A stretch of 64,000 bases of DNA from the human T2T-CHM13v2.0 reference genome, Homo sapiens: assembly GCF_009914755.1 (NCBI RefSeq), contig NC_060932.1. One strand, given 5' to 3'. A model generated the notes under the pieces. The model saw only the letters and a list, made by a program, of their open reading frames with translations, made no database searches and was not told where the DNA came from. Both the position numbers and the translations under genes were made by a program. Below, piece by piece: positions 1 through 16,908 of this stretch (position 1 is the first letter of the stretch; each line of letters begins with the position of its first letter).

Positions 1-587
1 GAGACATTTTCCCCCATGGTCTTCAGGATTAACATTAGACACCTTGCTATTTATGTAAATTTCTGCATTCCACTTGAATTTCTTCCCAGAAGATGGGTTT
101 TTCTTTCTTTCACATAGTCAGGCTGGAAATTTCCAAATTTTTATGCTCTGCTTCCCTTGTAAAACTGAATGCCTTTAATGGTACCCAGGTCACCTCTTGA
201 ATGCTTTCCTGCTTAGAAATTTCTTCTGGCAGATACCCTAAATCATTTTTCTCAAGTTCAAAGTTCCACAAATCTCTGGGGTGGGGGCAAAATGTTGCCA
301 GTCTCTTTGCTAAAAATTAACAAGAGTCACCATTACTCCAGTTCCCAACAAGTTCCTCATCTCCATGTGAGACCACCTCAGCCTGGACCTTATTGTCCAT
401 ATCACTACCAGCATTTGGGGCAAAGCCATTCAATAACTCTCTAGGAAGTTCCAAACTTTCCCACTTTTTCCTGTCTTCTTCTGAGCCCTCCAAACTGTTC
501 CAACCTCTGCCTGTTACCCAGTTCCAAAGTCACTTCCATATTTTCAAGTATCTTTCCATCAACACCCCACTCCTGGTACCAATTTGC
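1..587 (-). mobile_element. THE1 (ERVL-MaLR) internal sequence, runs off the window start
   Basis: Typical THE1-int text (…cttagaaatttcttctggcagataccctaaatc…ccactcctggtaccaatt) directly abutting the THE1 LTR. Confidence 0.9.
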
Positions 588-926
588 TGTATTAGTCCGT
601 TTTCATGCTGCTTATAAAGAGATACCCAAGACTGAGAAGAAAAAGAGATTAAATTGGATTTACAGTTTCGCATGGCTGGGAAGGCCTCAGTATCATGGCA
701 GGAGGCAAAAGGCACTTTTTACATGGTTGCAGCAAGAGAAAATGAGGATGAAGCAGAAGCAGAAAACCCTGAAAAACCCATCAGATTTCATGAGACTTAT
801 TGACTACCATGAGAATAGCATGGGAAAACTGGCCCCCATGATTCAATTACCTCCCCCTGGGTCCCTCAATTCTGGGAGATACAATTCAAGTTGAGATTCG
901 GGTGGTTACACAGCCAAACCATATCA
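588..926 (-). mobile_element. THE1 LTR (THE1C-like), 5' LTR of the element
   Basis: Ends tgtattagtccgttttca…cagccaaaccatatca, with THE1C-like wording gagactgagaagaaaaagag and a short internal deletion near 867. Confidence 0.85.
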
Positions 927-959
927 GATGGCCTTCATCAGTACCTTCCTATTCTATAT

Positions 960-1440
960 TAACTTACTACTCCTCAAATCAAGAGGTGACTATTTTTTCA
1001 CCTCCCCCTAAATTTAAGTTGGTCTAGTTACTTGCTTTGGTTTATAGAATACGACAGAAGTGAAGCTATGTCAGTCTAGGCCTAGCCTTGGGTGGCAGCT
1101 TTCCCCTCTTAAAAACCAGATGCCAGGTAGGAAGTCCAACTACCATGAGACCACTATGCTGTAAGAAAGCACAAGCTAGCTATGTGAAGAAGCCACATAG
1201 AGAGAGAAAGAGAGACAGGCACACACATAGAGAGAGGCTCAGCTCAGCCAGCCCCTAGCAATCCTTGCTGAGACTCCAGACATGTGAGTGGCAAAGCCAT
1301 CTTGGATATTCCAGCCATAGCAGAAGAACTGCCTAGCTGAACCCAACTCAAACACAGGATTGTAAGAAATAATAAACTACTGTTGTTTTAAGACACTAAA
1401 TTTGGTGGTGGCTCTTTATTGAGAAGAGAAAACTGAGAAA
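960..1440 (+). mobile_element. MLT1 (MLT1F/G/H-like) solo LTR
   Basis: gagaccactatgctgtaagaaagcacaagc…ccagacatgtgagtg…gccatcttgga…tgttgttttaagacactaaatttgg. Confidence 0.7.
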
Positions 1441-1454
1441 ATTTGTATTTATGT

Positions 1455-1670
1455 AATTTAATTCACACAACACCACCATGAACAGTTACTATAATTATTC
1501 ATAGTGCACAGATAAGAAAACTGAGGCACTAAAAATTTAAGTTAGCAAATGGCGACAGAGCAAGACTCCGTCTCAAAAAAAAAGAATTTAATCAAGAATT
1601 TTAATCAAAAAAAAAATCAAGAATTTTAATCAAATCAAGTCTGGCTCCGGAGTCCTTCCCCTTAACTGCC
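1455..1670 (-). mobile_element. MIR interrupted by a tiny Alu 3' fragment (1551-1583, + strand)
   Basis: MIR core acagataagaaaactgaggc…tctggctcc; insert ggcgacagagcaagactccgtctc-A9. Confidence 0.7.
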
Positions 1671-4600
1671 AGATGCAATTGATATCAATAATGCATTCAT
1701 GTGACCTGGACAAAGCATTTACAGAGATTATAATGCTATTTTCCAGGGTGTGCCACTCACTTTATTCTTTGTGAATGGTTTCCCTGGATTTGTGCAACTT
1801 TCTGCTCTACATGTGCTCAACACAAAAACATTTCTAAGGTTTTTAGCTATGAGACCCATTGAAAATATACAAATAATAATAAAATTTAAAGGTACACTTT
1901 GCTCTAAAATCATCTGGGATTGGCCTTTTGGCTGTGTCAATAAGAATTCATCAGAGTGCAAAAAGTGCAGGAAGCAGTGATTTTTTTCTGACCAATGCAA
2001 CTGCTGAAGTGGAATTTCACTTTTATGCCCTAAGGAAAACACTTAGATTTTATAGCTCCAGAGGCTGTTTAATGGTGTTGCATATGGAACGTCAGGATGT
2101 CCATGATTTATGCACTGTAGAAAAAGCTTTTCCAGTTTAACTCAATCTCAAGTTATTCTTTCCACCAAAAGCAACAAGGGTGTAAAATCACCCTGTTAGT
2201 GTCACAGCCTGGCAAGGAAATACATTGAGTAAGTTGAGACATGATTCATCCTACCTCCAACCTTTTTAAGGTAAAATCTTGTTTTTAACTGTTATTTATG
2301 CCTATAGAAACCATTCCTTCGGTTTTTTTTTTTTTTTAACTTTCAATAGTCTATGTCATATATGTTTGGCCTCCCAAGAAGTCTCAAAATATGTATCAGT
2401 GGGATCACTCCTCTTCATTCAATTATTCTAAAACATAAAGACATTTTGTCTGAAATTAAAGTAGTAATGGATTTGGTTTGGATAAGGGTTCATCTTCAAA
2501 TAGCTGGGATCTAAAAACAAGTACTACCATTGATTTTGTTTTTAATAGCCATCATTTCCCCCTTACTTCCCTTGGGAATAGATTTGAAAGAACTTGAGAT
2601 TTTCCACTTACATTAGATTGAACCATTCAACTCAGCTCTGTTTTTATGTCTTAAAGCTATCTTGGGGATTACTTTCATGCTATATTAAAATGCTCACTAT
2701 TAAAACAACAGGTTAGCTTTTTACATTATGATAGGCATACTATGTTTAATAAATATTTATTAATATTTCCCTCTTAGGGAAATTTCAGCGTGTAAAAGAA
2801 AATAAAAGCTAGGTATACAAAGACTCTTCTGAAGTACTATTTTGGTAAAAGTTTATTGCATTGGGATCTAAATGTCCCATGCATGACTAACAAATGTAAT
2901 ACTCACGACTCCATGTCAGACACTGAAAAAGCTAAGCAAAAAGAACCTTTTAGAAACAAAGAAGTTGGAGGTAGGTAACATATCCTTATATTGCAATATT
3001 TGTGAATCTAGTAGTTTAAAATAATCATAAAAGGGAAAAACATTAACATTTGCTTTAGGATCTTAAAGTGAATCATCTGAAACTAATTTTTGGAAGAGAA
3101 CTTAAGGATTGAGCTGTTCATACAATTTTTAACACCTCTATTTTCTGTTATAAGTACATTCTTTCTACCTAATAAACCACTATAACCTTCAAATTGTACA
3201 GTAAGTGCCCAGAATAGACCTTTGCTGGAGAGGTATGTGTGTGCTTGGATTTGTTAGGTAGTATGTTTGGCAGGGCTTGTTTGATTTTTCCCTTCTAGGA
3301 ATTCTTCCATTCTGGATAGTCTGATCCAAATTTCACCAAAATTTTTCTGTGAAGCCCTAAACAAGCAGCTTAATATGCTTACATTTTAGTTATTTGAAAA
3401 AGGAAAAAAAATAACCTAGTTCACAGTGTTAATTACAGAAATTACCCAAAGAAATTATTTTCCTGCAATCTGAAAAACACAAACCAAATTAGTTCCTACT
3501 ATTTCTGAAATTTTCAGAACATTTAATTTTGCAGAGCAACTAAGTTCTCATTTGGTCAACTGGTAAAACTGAAGTAACTTATATTTTTCATAATGTAGTT
3601 TATATACCAAAAGCATTAGGCCAATAACCAAGTAGATAAATTACTAATATTAAGAGTATGTTATTGAGAGCAACACATGACAAATATAATTATCAAACTT
3701 CTTTATCTATCTATGGCATTTTATTTTCATTTAAATTATGTATAACTCCATGGCTATCCTTGTATATTTTCCATTGTTCTATTTTTTCCATCAAAAATAT
3801 CACATTTGTGTGCACTTGCAATTACTATTTCAGTCACTATTTCAGTTACTAGCATTGCAATTACTATTTCAGTTACTCTGAAATTTAATTCTAAACATGT
3901 GCAAATAATATTATAGCCATCATTTACTGAATTAAAGCAGGTTTTCTGCATTTATGACATCTCACAATCCTCCCCTGTAAAGATATTCCTACAAGTACAC
4001 GGTCAAAACTTAAGTAAGAAGTTACATTCCTTTTAGGACAACAGCTGTACAATTATTCTCTTGCTACATTTCTCTTGTAGGTAGGAATTTTTAATATGAT
4101 TAATCACACATTCATTTTTTTATTCAGGTTTTTCTTTTTAAAAATGTGCATGTTCTCTTTAAGAAACTATTCATAGTGTCACACAGTAATTAAACCATAT
4201 ATATATGAACACATAAGTTTGGGAATTATTTTTCCTAGGGCTCATGAAGTCCCAGCAGAACTTGCTCTATTATTCTATTGTTAATGAATAAGTAGTGCAA
4301 CAAGATCAAGAAAAGCTTAAAATGTGTATGTTGAAAGAAGTTGCTGTTAGAAGAGTCCAAATCATGCTTTACAAAAAGCTGACTATTAATTTGTATAGAC
4401 ATCGGTAGAATCCCAGAGGCTATATGAAAATCTCCACAGTGCTTTCTGAGAAAGAGATTTAAGTATAGCAATTATTGCATTGTTTGTGGTTACAGTGCAG
4501 TTAACCTCCCTTATGTAGCCTTAGGCATAGATAGAAATTTGACATAGCAAAGATTTTAATGATTTTCTTCCTTTCTTACCTAATATATTTACCTTGATAA

Positions 4601-4749
4601 CTTTATAGTATGGGAACTACAGGCTTTTTTTAAAGTAGAGAAAAGGGGTAATATTGAACATATTTAAGAATCTTTTCAATATGGGTAATACTTAATAAGA
4701 ATGATGACAACTATAGCAGCAACCAGTGACAATGGATTCTGTCTATAAA

Positions 4750-6030
4750 TAACTCTTCCCCACCAGTTGAATATCAGCCTTGGCACAGGTTCATACTGTC
4801 AAAGAAATTTACAGAAACCTGAAAATTTCCATGCTCTGTTCCTTGTGTCTTTGCCTGTAAGTGCATTCCTGATCCCAAGAGCTTAAAGAACTAGATAAAG
4901 CATAAATATATACATACATATATACACTTAAAAGGATCAAAGAGGTAAGAAGACAATAAAGAATTACTAAGGTCCGAAGGGAAGGAAAATTGAGGACTGA
5001 AGGAAGAAAGTTGATTTGGAATCACTTTTGTCCTAAAAGGATTTGTGGATCCAGGGAAATTACAATATTTGTTTTGATCAGCTTCACAAGTAAGAGGAGA
5101 CAGAAATTAAGGCCTGGCATGTACAAGGTGGGAAGCTGAACAGAAAACTCAGCCAAGTGGACTGCATTTTGAAGGTAGGGATGTCCCAGAAATAACAGAT
5201 CTTATCTGCAATTACATTCAAATTTTAATCTCCTATGCTGTCCACAGAAATTTTAAACCTTGAAAATGGATTAAGGCAGTACTAGGAGTAGTAACCACAG
5301 ACTCCTAGCAAAAATATTAGGAACATTGGTAAAAATTGAACATGGACTGAGTCATAAACCAAGTATCAACAAATACAAACAATTGAAAATCATATAGAGT
5401 ATGTTCTCAGGCTATAGTTCAATTAAGCTAGAAACTGCTGAAAAGGAATGAACAAAATAAAATGTTTTTTCAAATTAAAGAAAGCTGAAAATGCCAATAA
5501 CCTTAGAAATGAAGAAATAAACTTCTTAATAACCTAGGGGTAGAGAGAAAATTATAATGAAAATTTAAAAATATTTAAAATTGAAAAATAATGAAAATAC
5601 TATATATCAAAATATGTCTGCAGATTTAGGCAAAGAAGCATTTAGAAGACTATATATTGTCTAAAATGAATATATGAGAGAAGTATAAAATTGCTAAGAA
5701 TCATCTCAAGGAGAGAAAAAAGAACAGCAAGAAAACTCAAAGAGTAGGACTAAATAAAAATAAAAGTAAAAATTACTGAATTAGAAAATCACACAATAGA
5801 AAAAGTCAACAAAGACAATTTTTTAAATTTCATAGATGAAGATCATCACATTAGAACTAAATATAGGATATTATGAACTGCTTTCAGCCAAGACATCAAA
5901 AAATCGAAAAAATAAATAGCTTAAAATCTCAACAAAGTTATTTTTTTCTAAAAGAAGAAAATATTGAATAGCCTTTTAAGTTTTAAAGTAACTGAATCAG
6001 TAGTGTAACAATTTTCCTACTAAAAAGGAA
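4750..6030 (+). mobile_element. Old L1M fragment(s), degraded
   Basis: A-rich ORF2-like text (…atcatatagagtatgttctcaggctatagttcaattaagctagaa…aatgaaaatactatatatcaaaat…). Confidence 0.6.
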
Positions 6031-6099
6031 AACTATGGGCTTTGACTCAGCATTTTCTATTTGGCACAATGATATTCACTCATTTTTTAAGTCTCTCAC

Positions 6100-6980
6100 A
6101 TTCCTCAGTGTTTCAGTATCTCTGAGCAATGCAGGGTGCATCATCTTAGATGTATTTCTCTTTTCTCACATCCCATTAAGTGCCTAAATTCTGTTACGTC
6201 TATCGTTTAAGTCATTCTTAGATCTTCCCACTTCTCTTTTTCCTAACAGATCGTTGCTTTTAACCTCATTCAGGTGGCCATCATCACTGCTCTCCTGGAC
6301 GACTGCAAGGGTTCCTGTACAATCTCTGTCTCCTGTATTGTCCACTCTCAAACAAAGCGATACTTCTATAATCAGAGTGATATTTCTAAAACAAAAATTT
6401 TATCATGTCTCTTCCCTGATTTTCAAAAAAAAGAAAAGCAGGTAAAAGTTAACAATAAAAAGCTTATCATCTTTCCATTTCCCAAGGGACGTAAAACATC
6501 TTTAACATGTTTTTCAAAGATTTTAGGAATACCCTTTACTCCATTCATTGTTCCATCTTCATCTCTCACAATTACTCTCCTTAAATTCTAAGTTTTAAAC
6601 ATCAACATACTTTAACTTTTCTTAATAACCATGATTTATCTTGCCTCTGAATACTTGCGTGTTGTGTTCTTTCTGACTGTAGCTGTCTTCTCCCATGTAC
6701 TCCTTTTCAGTTGAACAATACTTACTAATCTTTTAAATTTTAGTCTCAACTTTACTTCCTTTGAGAATCCTTCATTTACTTTCCAAGTGGGTTAGAGGTC
6801 TTTCCTATGTGTTCACATAACATATTCCAACTTCCAACATAGCACTTCATAGAATGTGTTGAAAATATTTTCTTACTAGTCTGTATTTTCGCACTCGATG
6901 GTAATCTCAAAAAGGCTAAAATTATATCTACTTAATATCATAATCTCAGTATTTAGTAGTACATGAAAAGATTGAATCAC
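6100..6980 (+). mobile_element. L2 fragment
   Basis: catcatcactgctctcctggacgactgcaa…cagagtgatatttctaaaacaaaa…tcatgtc; 3' end near ttgaat. Confidence 0.6.
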
Positions 6981-6999
6981 CCTTAAATCTAGCTAAATT

Positions 7000-8460
7000 A
7001 TATTTGACAATAAATGCTCAAAATTTTCAATAAAAAGCAAACACTAAGATTGGTTTTTCAGACTGTAAAATTTCTATTGACCTATCTTAAATTCACTAAA
7101 TCTGTCTTCTGCCATCTCAAATTTAATATTGATCCTCTCTAGTAAATTACTGAATATGATCTAGCACATTTTTAATTCAAAATACTGCATCATGACAAGT
7201 AAATTTTATTATATTAATGCAAGAATAGTTCAGTTTTATAAAATCAACTGACATAATTTGTTACATCTGAAATTACAGTAAAACTAAATAATATCAGTGA
7301 AGATTGAAGACACTGTTGATAAAATTTAATGACTAACATTGTTAAAACCTAAGTTATGAGAATATAGAAACCAAATATGATAAACTAAGAACAAATAGTA
7401 CTCTAAATAGCAAAACATTAAAAGCATTTTAAATTTTCTCTCTCATTAGCAGTTAATATTATTTTGAATATTCTACCAAATACACTAAGAAAAGGATCAC
7501 AAATATTGCAAGAGATAAAATATTGTATTTTTGCTGATAGCGCAAATGTTCAGATAGAAAACCTACAGAACTCCAGGTAAAACAAAAAAGTCCTCTGAGA
7601 ATTAACAAGAGACATGGCATGGTTGGTGCATATTTCTTTCCAAAAATTGTCAATAGCTTTTCTCTATATGGACAATAAGCAGTAACAAAAATAAGAAAGA
7701 TATTTCATTAACCATACTAAAAAACAGAATATTTTTAAGAGTTTTAGGCTAAATTTTTTACTAAAAAATTCTTTATGAAAAACATAATAACGAAAGCTGA
7801 ATTCGTGGAAAGACATACCATGTTCTTGGATGAGAACATTTCATATGAATTAAATTCAGTTTTCTCAAAATTAACATATATTCAGTGCAATTCTAATTAG
7901 AATGCTAATATTACTTAAAATTTTTAAATGAAGGCAATTATATTCAAATTTATATGGCAAATTGAACAACTGAAAATGCCAAAAAATATGAGAAAAACGA
8001 TGTCAGAGGGACTATTACCACCAGAAACCATAGCATGCTATAAAAACCCCAAAAAAAGTCAATATTTCAAAATAGTCATTTTGAAAGAAATGGGCAAATA
8101 AATCAATGCAAAATAATAGAAATGCCAAATAGTTCTCTTGTATATGATAATGTAATATATGGCAACGGCATATTTTAATTCAATGCTTTATTTAATCTAG
8201 TACATGTTATTGTTATAACTGGCTAAACATCTGGAAGAAAAAATGTTAAACCTTTATCTCACACTATATGGAAAAATAAATTCCAGATGGATTAAAGGAA
8301 ATTTTTTTTTAAGTTTTAAAATCAAAGGTTTCTAGTAAACATTAACAACAAAGTAAGTCTTGGATATACCGTCTGAAGACAAAAACCCAGGAGTTATTAA
8401 AAATATACATATAGGCCTATTTGACTCTAAAGAATATGACACATTTGAGTACAAGATATA
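7000..8460 (+). mobile_element. Old L1M ORF2 fragment
   Basis: tggaaagacataccatgttcttggatgagaa…cctttatctcacactatatggaaaaataaattccagatggattaaag. Confidence 0.65.
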
Positions 8461-8645
8461 TTACAGACACTGAAGTCCTGATATCTTACTTTCCGCAAGC
8501 CTGCTCCCTCTCTGTCCTTCCTCATCTCAGTTGATGGCCACCTCATATTTTCATTTGCTCTGGGCAAAAGCCTTAGAGTCATCCTTGACTCTTCTTTCAC
8601 ATCTATCTTCAATAAGTCAGAAAATACAATTTCCTCTACCTCTGA

Positions 8646-9401
<756 letters not shown>

Positions 9402-9703
9402 CCTGAAATTATCCTTTTAAAACACAACTTAGATCTCATCATTTCTCTACTGTAAATCTTGCAATAGCTGCCCATTTCTCTCAACATAAAAACCAATGTC
9501 CTTACCACCACCACCCCCAACCTGGCCCCACACCCCATTCTTTCTCTAACCTCATCTACTATCCTCAGCCTTGGTTCACTCTGCACCTTGATTCACTAAT
9601 CACAGTGGTGATTCCTCACTGTTTCTCCAACACAGCAGGCCTGCTGCTCCTCCCGTCTGCAATGGTCTTCCTCTGTCATCCACATGGCTTACTCTCACCA
9701 GTC

Positions 9704-12015
<2,312 letters not shown>

Positions 12016-12477
12016 TAAATATCTGCTCCATGTTACTTTCTCAGCAAGGCCTACCACCTTATTTAAAAGAGCATCGGCCACCCAGCCCCCTTCTTCCTGC
12101 TCTATTCTCTTTTTTGTTTTCTTTTTCAATGCTCTCTTTCCTAGAACTTGTCACCTTTTACATACTTTATAATTTAATTATTTGTTATCTTAATTGTTTT
12201 TGTTCCCCGCCTCCACCTCCCCCCCCAAAATACAAGCTCCTTTAAGGCAAATATCTTTGTCTGTTTTACAAACTGGTATCTCTAGAACTGTAGAACAGGA
12301 TCTACCACAAGGTAGGAGCACAAAATAAGTGAATTTTGGTGGGATGAATGAAGAAATGAAAGCTGTATGATATCATAATAACAGTCAATGGACAATAACT
12401 TAAGTACATTTATCTGCAGTGCAGATGACTATCAGGTAAGTGATGTTTATGTAGTTTGACCTGATAATGCCATAAAT

Positions 12478-12575
12478 CTATGTATATATATACACATATA
12501 TATGTATGTGTACATATGTGTGTGTGTGTGTATTTAGCTATATATATATATATATATATATACATATATATATGT
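12478..12575. repeat. (TA)n/(TG)n compound microsatellite
   Basis: Direct reading. Confidence 0.95.
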
Positions 12576-13199
12576 TTAAAAAGAGAGAGACAAACAAGGA
12601 GAGAAAAACAACATGGTGATGTGTGATTATTATTTCTTTCATATTTACCTTTTTCTTTTTCTTAATTTTCTTAAATTAGCATGCAACTTCTATAAGTAGG
12701 GAGACATAAATATTAACTTTTAAAAATATCTCAGTTGAACATTATCTTCACTAGCAGTGCTTATTTGATCACTCACTCAGATATAAATTTTTGTTTCTCC
12801 AACCCATAGCATACCTCCCGGTATTTAAACCACAGCTGTGGACTTTGTTGACCCAACCCTATAGATGGTTAACTCCTGAAGAAAAATATGTAAGCTTGCA
12901 TTATTTTTGTGAGTCCTTGGTATTCTCTACAGGATTTCACTACATTAAGCAAGTCTCTGTCTCTTAATAACATGTTTTACTTCTCCAGCAGGCGGGCTAG
13001 TGCTCTTTTAGAGCTTTCTGCCTGTTTTTAGTGTTTTTTTTTTTTTAATTTTGCAATGTAACTTAATAATATTTATTTTTATATATCCTAATTTTGATCA
13101 TCGTGTACTCATAAAATCTTGTATTTTCATGTCTTCCCATTATTGTATACATGAGCTATTATGGGTATTTTTGGTGTCATTTAAATAAATCTCTAATTG

Positions 13200-13720
13200 C
13201 CACAATTTGAATTTTATAACAAAAGTAATACATATTCATTGTAGGGGAAAAAACAAACACATTCCCCTTTGAAGGGAAAAATATCACTGTTAACATTTTT
13301 GTATATGTTCATTCATATTTTCCTTTCATATTATTAAATATACGTATTTATTTACTACAAAATTAAAATAATAAACCTGATTTCCTACCAATATTATTTA
13401 TTAGCAAATTTTCCTACACCAGTTAATACATGTCTACAATAGCCTTTTAATGGCTCTATAGTATTCTGTATTATGTTGAACATTAATGTTTTGTCCATTT
13501 TTTACTCTTCTGAGCAATGTTGTTTTGTCTATTCTTGCATCTAAATTCTTATATGTATTTTTAATTATATATTTAGAATCAATTCCCACAAATAAAATTA
13601 TTGATTCCAATGGGCAAGAATGTTTTTTTTCCTGCCTAGTTGCTTGATATTTAGAAGTATTACATCCTATGGTCAATTCCCTCATTTTTCCACCAGTATA
13701 TTGATAACATATCCTGGTGA
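13200..13720 (-). mobile_element. Old L1ME-like 3' fragment
   Basis: atcactgttaacatttttgtatatg…ttttaatggctctatagtattctgt. Confidence 0.5.
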
Positions 13721-16553
13721 TTTTTCAACATCTTTGTGGTCTAATTGGAGGTTCATTAACATTTTAGTATTTAGATAATCTTTAGAATGAACAACATTGT
13801 TTCTTTTTAATTACTCGAAGTCTAGTTGAAGCAAGTCAGAAAATATCACAATTAGTTTCAACAATTAAATATGGCACATACATATGAAAGAGGTGGTAGT
13901 TCCACATTAAGGAGAACTTTGAAATAAATCACAATTACGTGGTGCTGTAAATGTATCCACTAAGTGTAGAAGCACAATTAAGAGTCTAATTATAAGGGAA
14001 AATGCGATCACATCCTAAGTAGGAGCCTAAGCCACAAACCTGTTCCTACTTGTGCCATTGTGTTCAAGAAACCCTGAGGCTCTTCTATGTCAATGATTTG
14101 AGGAGTTTCCACAAATTTGCCCCAGTTTTATCTCATTCCTCTCTCCTTAATGCCCATTATCTGTCTCATTATCTTCATTAAATTCCCTTTATAAACTTTC
14201 TTATTTTTTTAGACCGTATCTCTCCACCTAGGTTGCCCACCCAATTCGCATCAGTCAAAACCTGATAAAAAATATCATCCAAAATTTGACACCTCCTCTA
14301 GCATATCTCTCTGATGAAGAAACAAGAGGTGGTTGACAAAAGATTCCTGCTGTCAACCAACTTGTCTTTCGAAAGATCACAATTAAGGAAAATCCTTTCA
14401 TCCGTTTAACTTATAAACACAATACTTAACCTTTAAAAGCTTCATGCAAGTGTAGAAGACATAAAATGCACAGAAGCAAATGATTCCCACTTTATTTTTA
14501 GCCAACGTGAAAATCTATAAACTGGGAAACATTAAGTCTTAATTTGGGGAGGAGGTATAGATGTTTAATGTTCATAGTTAGATAATTTCAAGGAATCAAT
14601 GGATATTATTCTCACACCCCAGTAGTGTATATGAGGGTTTTTGTTATTTTTGGGAAGATGATAGACAAAGTTGGAGGACAAAGAGAATTTAGTCACCTAA
14701 ATCTATTTAACTCCATTCATCTCTTTCGCTTTTTATGATAATATCAAGTGACGTAGCCAGTAGCAAAGACTCTATCTTAAAATGTCCTTCCAGTTCTATG
14801 GCAGGATATAACATGCCTTTTTCTTTTGGCCACTCAATTTAATTGTTGTCATTTCATTTCTAGTAAAGGGCAAAAACAAAGTTACAGAAGACTGTTACTT
14901 TCTACATGGCAACAAAACTTTTCAAATGTCCTCTGATGTGATTTTTTTTTTTCCTAGCACTGTATGCTGACCCATGGCCTTTCCAATAAATTTGGGAAAT
15001 CCATTTGTTTAGACTAAAGGTAGAAGCTAATTAAACGTTTAAAATTAAATTAGTGTTTATCCATGATACTTCCAAATAGGCTCTAGAAACCCATTGCCAT
15101 TGTAACAGTCTAATATAAAGTACTTTGATTTATAAGAGCCAAACACCTAAGAGAGAAAGAGCTGAATTTTTGAATTCCAAGAAAATTTGATTTGGAAGGC
15201 AGTCATAGTTATACTATAAACTATGATAGAAAAGATTAGAATATAACTCCGAGTTTTTTTTTTTTTTTTACCACAGAGGAAGATGAAATCCTTTTCTGGA
15301 ATTCTTTTTTTTTTCCTTTTGAGAAACCTGGAGGCAGGAGAAAAGAGAGATTTAGCTATAGGGATGGGTTTCAGAGATGGAACTCCATTAAGAAAAAACT
15401 CTGTAATGAGTTGGGAATCATAAAAGAAAATGTCAATAGAAATCACCTAAGTAGTTTGAGGATACAGGAATAGAGGGGAATTTTGCTCCATGTTTCAACA
15501 GATCTTTGGAAGGAAGCAGAGACTAGTAACAGAGAGATCACTTCAAATAATAGGATCCTACAAAGAGAAAGTATAGATAGGAAACCAAAATCTATTACCC
15601 ACATAAGGGGTACAGTTGTAACAGTGTCACTAAAGGCAAATTGGAGGATGGTGAATTGTGTTGGCAAGCACCAGGCCATAACTATGGCAAAAGGACAGAA
15701 CTGGAAAGACACAGCCTCAGGAAACTTCAGAAGCAGAAGCAGCTAAAACAGAAGCTCTCAAAGACTAGGCCGAATAAGCTTACCTTAAATACCTCAAACA
15801 GAGGCTGTTGACAGCCAGAGAGGAACCAGAGGTCTGGTCCTCAAAATGATTTGTATATCATCCACTAAAAAAATTTTTAAAGGCTGCTTATACTCTTGCT
15901 CATGTTTAAATTGGCATCCATAATTTTCCATTCGAGCCTTACATAGTTGTAAAATATGTCATTTCTAGTGTGCTATAAATATTGAATTTTAAAATAAACC
16001 TGTTATATTGCTCTTTTAAATGAATCAAATGCAATCTAAATACCATAGAGATTTGATATCTGCCATAATCCATCTATAAAACATATATAAACTAGCAAGC
16101 TCCTCTTTATCTATCAGAAATTTTAGAATAGAGAGCATCCTCTTTTTGAACTTATATCTTCATTTCAGTTTCGCTATAGAATTTAATGTGATGTAATATG
16201 CCCCAAAGCATTTATCAATGTATCATACTTCACTATAACAAAGTATGCATATAAATTGAAATTTCACTTTTTATTTTGACTTTGAGATCATGAAGCTGTA
16301 AGTAAAAAAGAATAGAAAGTGTTAGCAATAGAAACCCAGTTAAATTAGGGTATTTCTATATAATGGAATACTATGCAGCTTTAAAAACCCGTAATGATTA
16401 TATCTATGTCTCACTATATATTAATATAGAACATATCTTAAGGTATGTCAGGAGAAAAAGAAACTATAGAATAATGTGTGAGAAAAAGTAAAACTGGAAT
16501 TTATAAGTGAAAGCTTGATTTTATAAGCAAAACTTCTGAAACACTAAAAACAT

Positions 16554-16908
16554 TATATTAGTCTGTTTTCACACTGCTATAAAGAACCACCTGAGACTGG
16601 GTAATTTATAAAGAAAAGAGGTTTAATAGACTCAAAATTCCACATGGCTGGGGAAGCCTCAGGAAACTTACAGTCATGGCAGAAGGCAAAGGGGAAGCAA
16701 GGCGTGTCTTACACGGCAGCAGGGGAGACAGAGAGTAAGGGAGTAACTGCCAAACACTTTTAACCACCAGATCTCAAGAGAACTCACTCGCTATCACAAG
16801 AACATCATGGGGGAAACTGCCTCACCTCCTGCCAGGTCCCGCCCTCGACCTGTGGGGATTACAATTCTAGGTGAGATTTGGGTGGAGACACAGAGCCAAA
16901 CCGTATCA
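16554..16908 (-). mobile_element. THE1D/MSTA-like solo LTR inserted in an old L1M 3' fragment
   Basis: tatattagtctgttttcacactgctataaag…cagagccaaaccgtatca; 5-bp flanks aacat/aatgt. Confidence 0.85.

Noticed and set aside
1690-2140. Overlapping 70-104 aa ORFs in non-repeat DNA
   Set aside because: No recognisable homology or convincing paired splice sites.
15254-15864. Isolated splice-like motifs (+ acceptor at 15276; - exon 15784-15864; also a + donor at 12436)
   Set aside because: Such motifs are frequent by chance in 64 kb, and there is no supporting reading frame or partner site.
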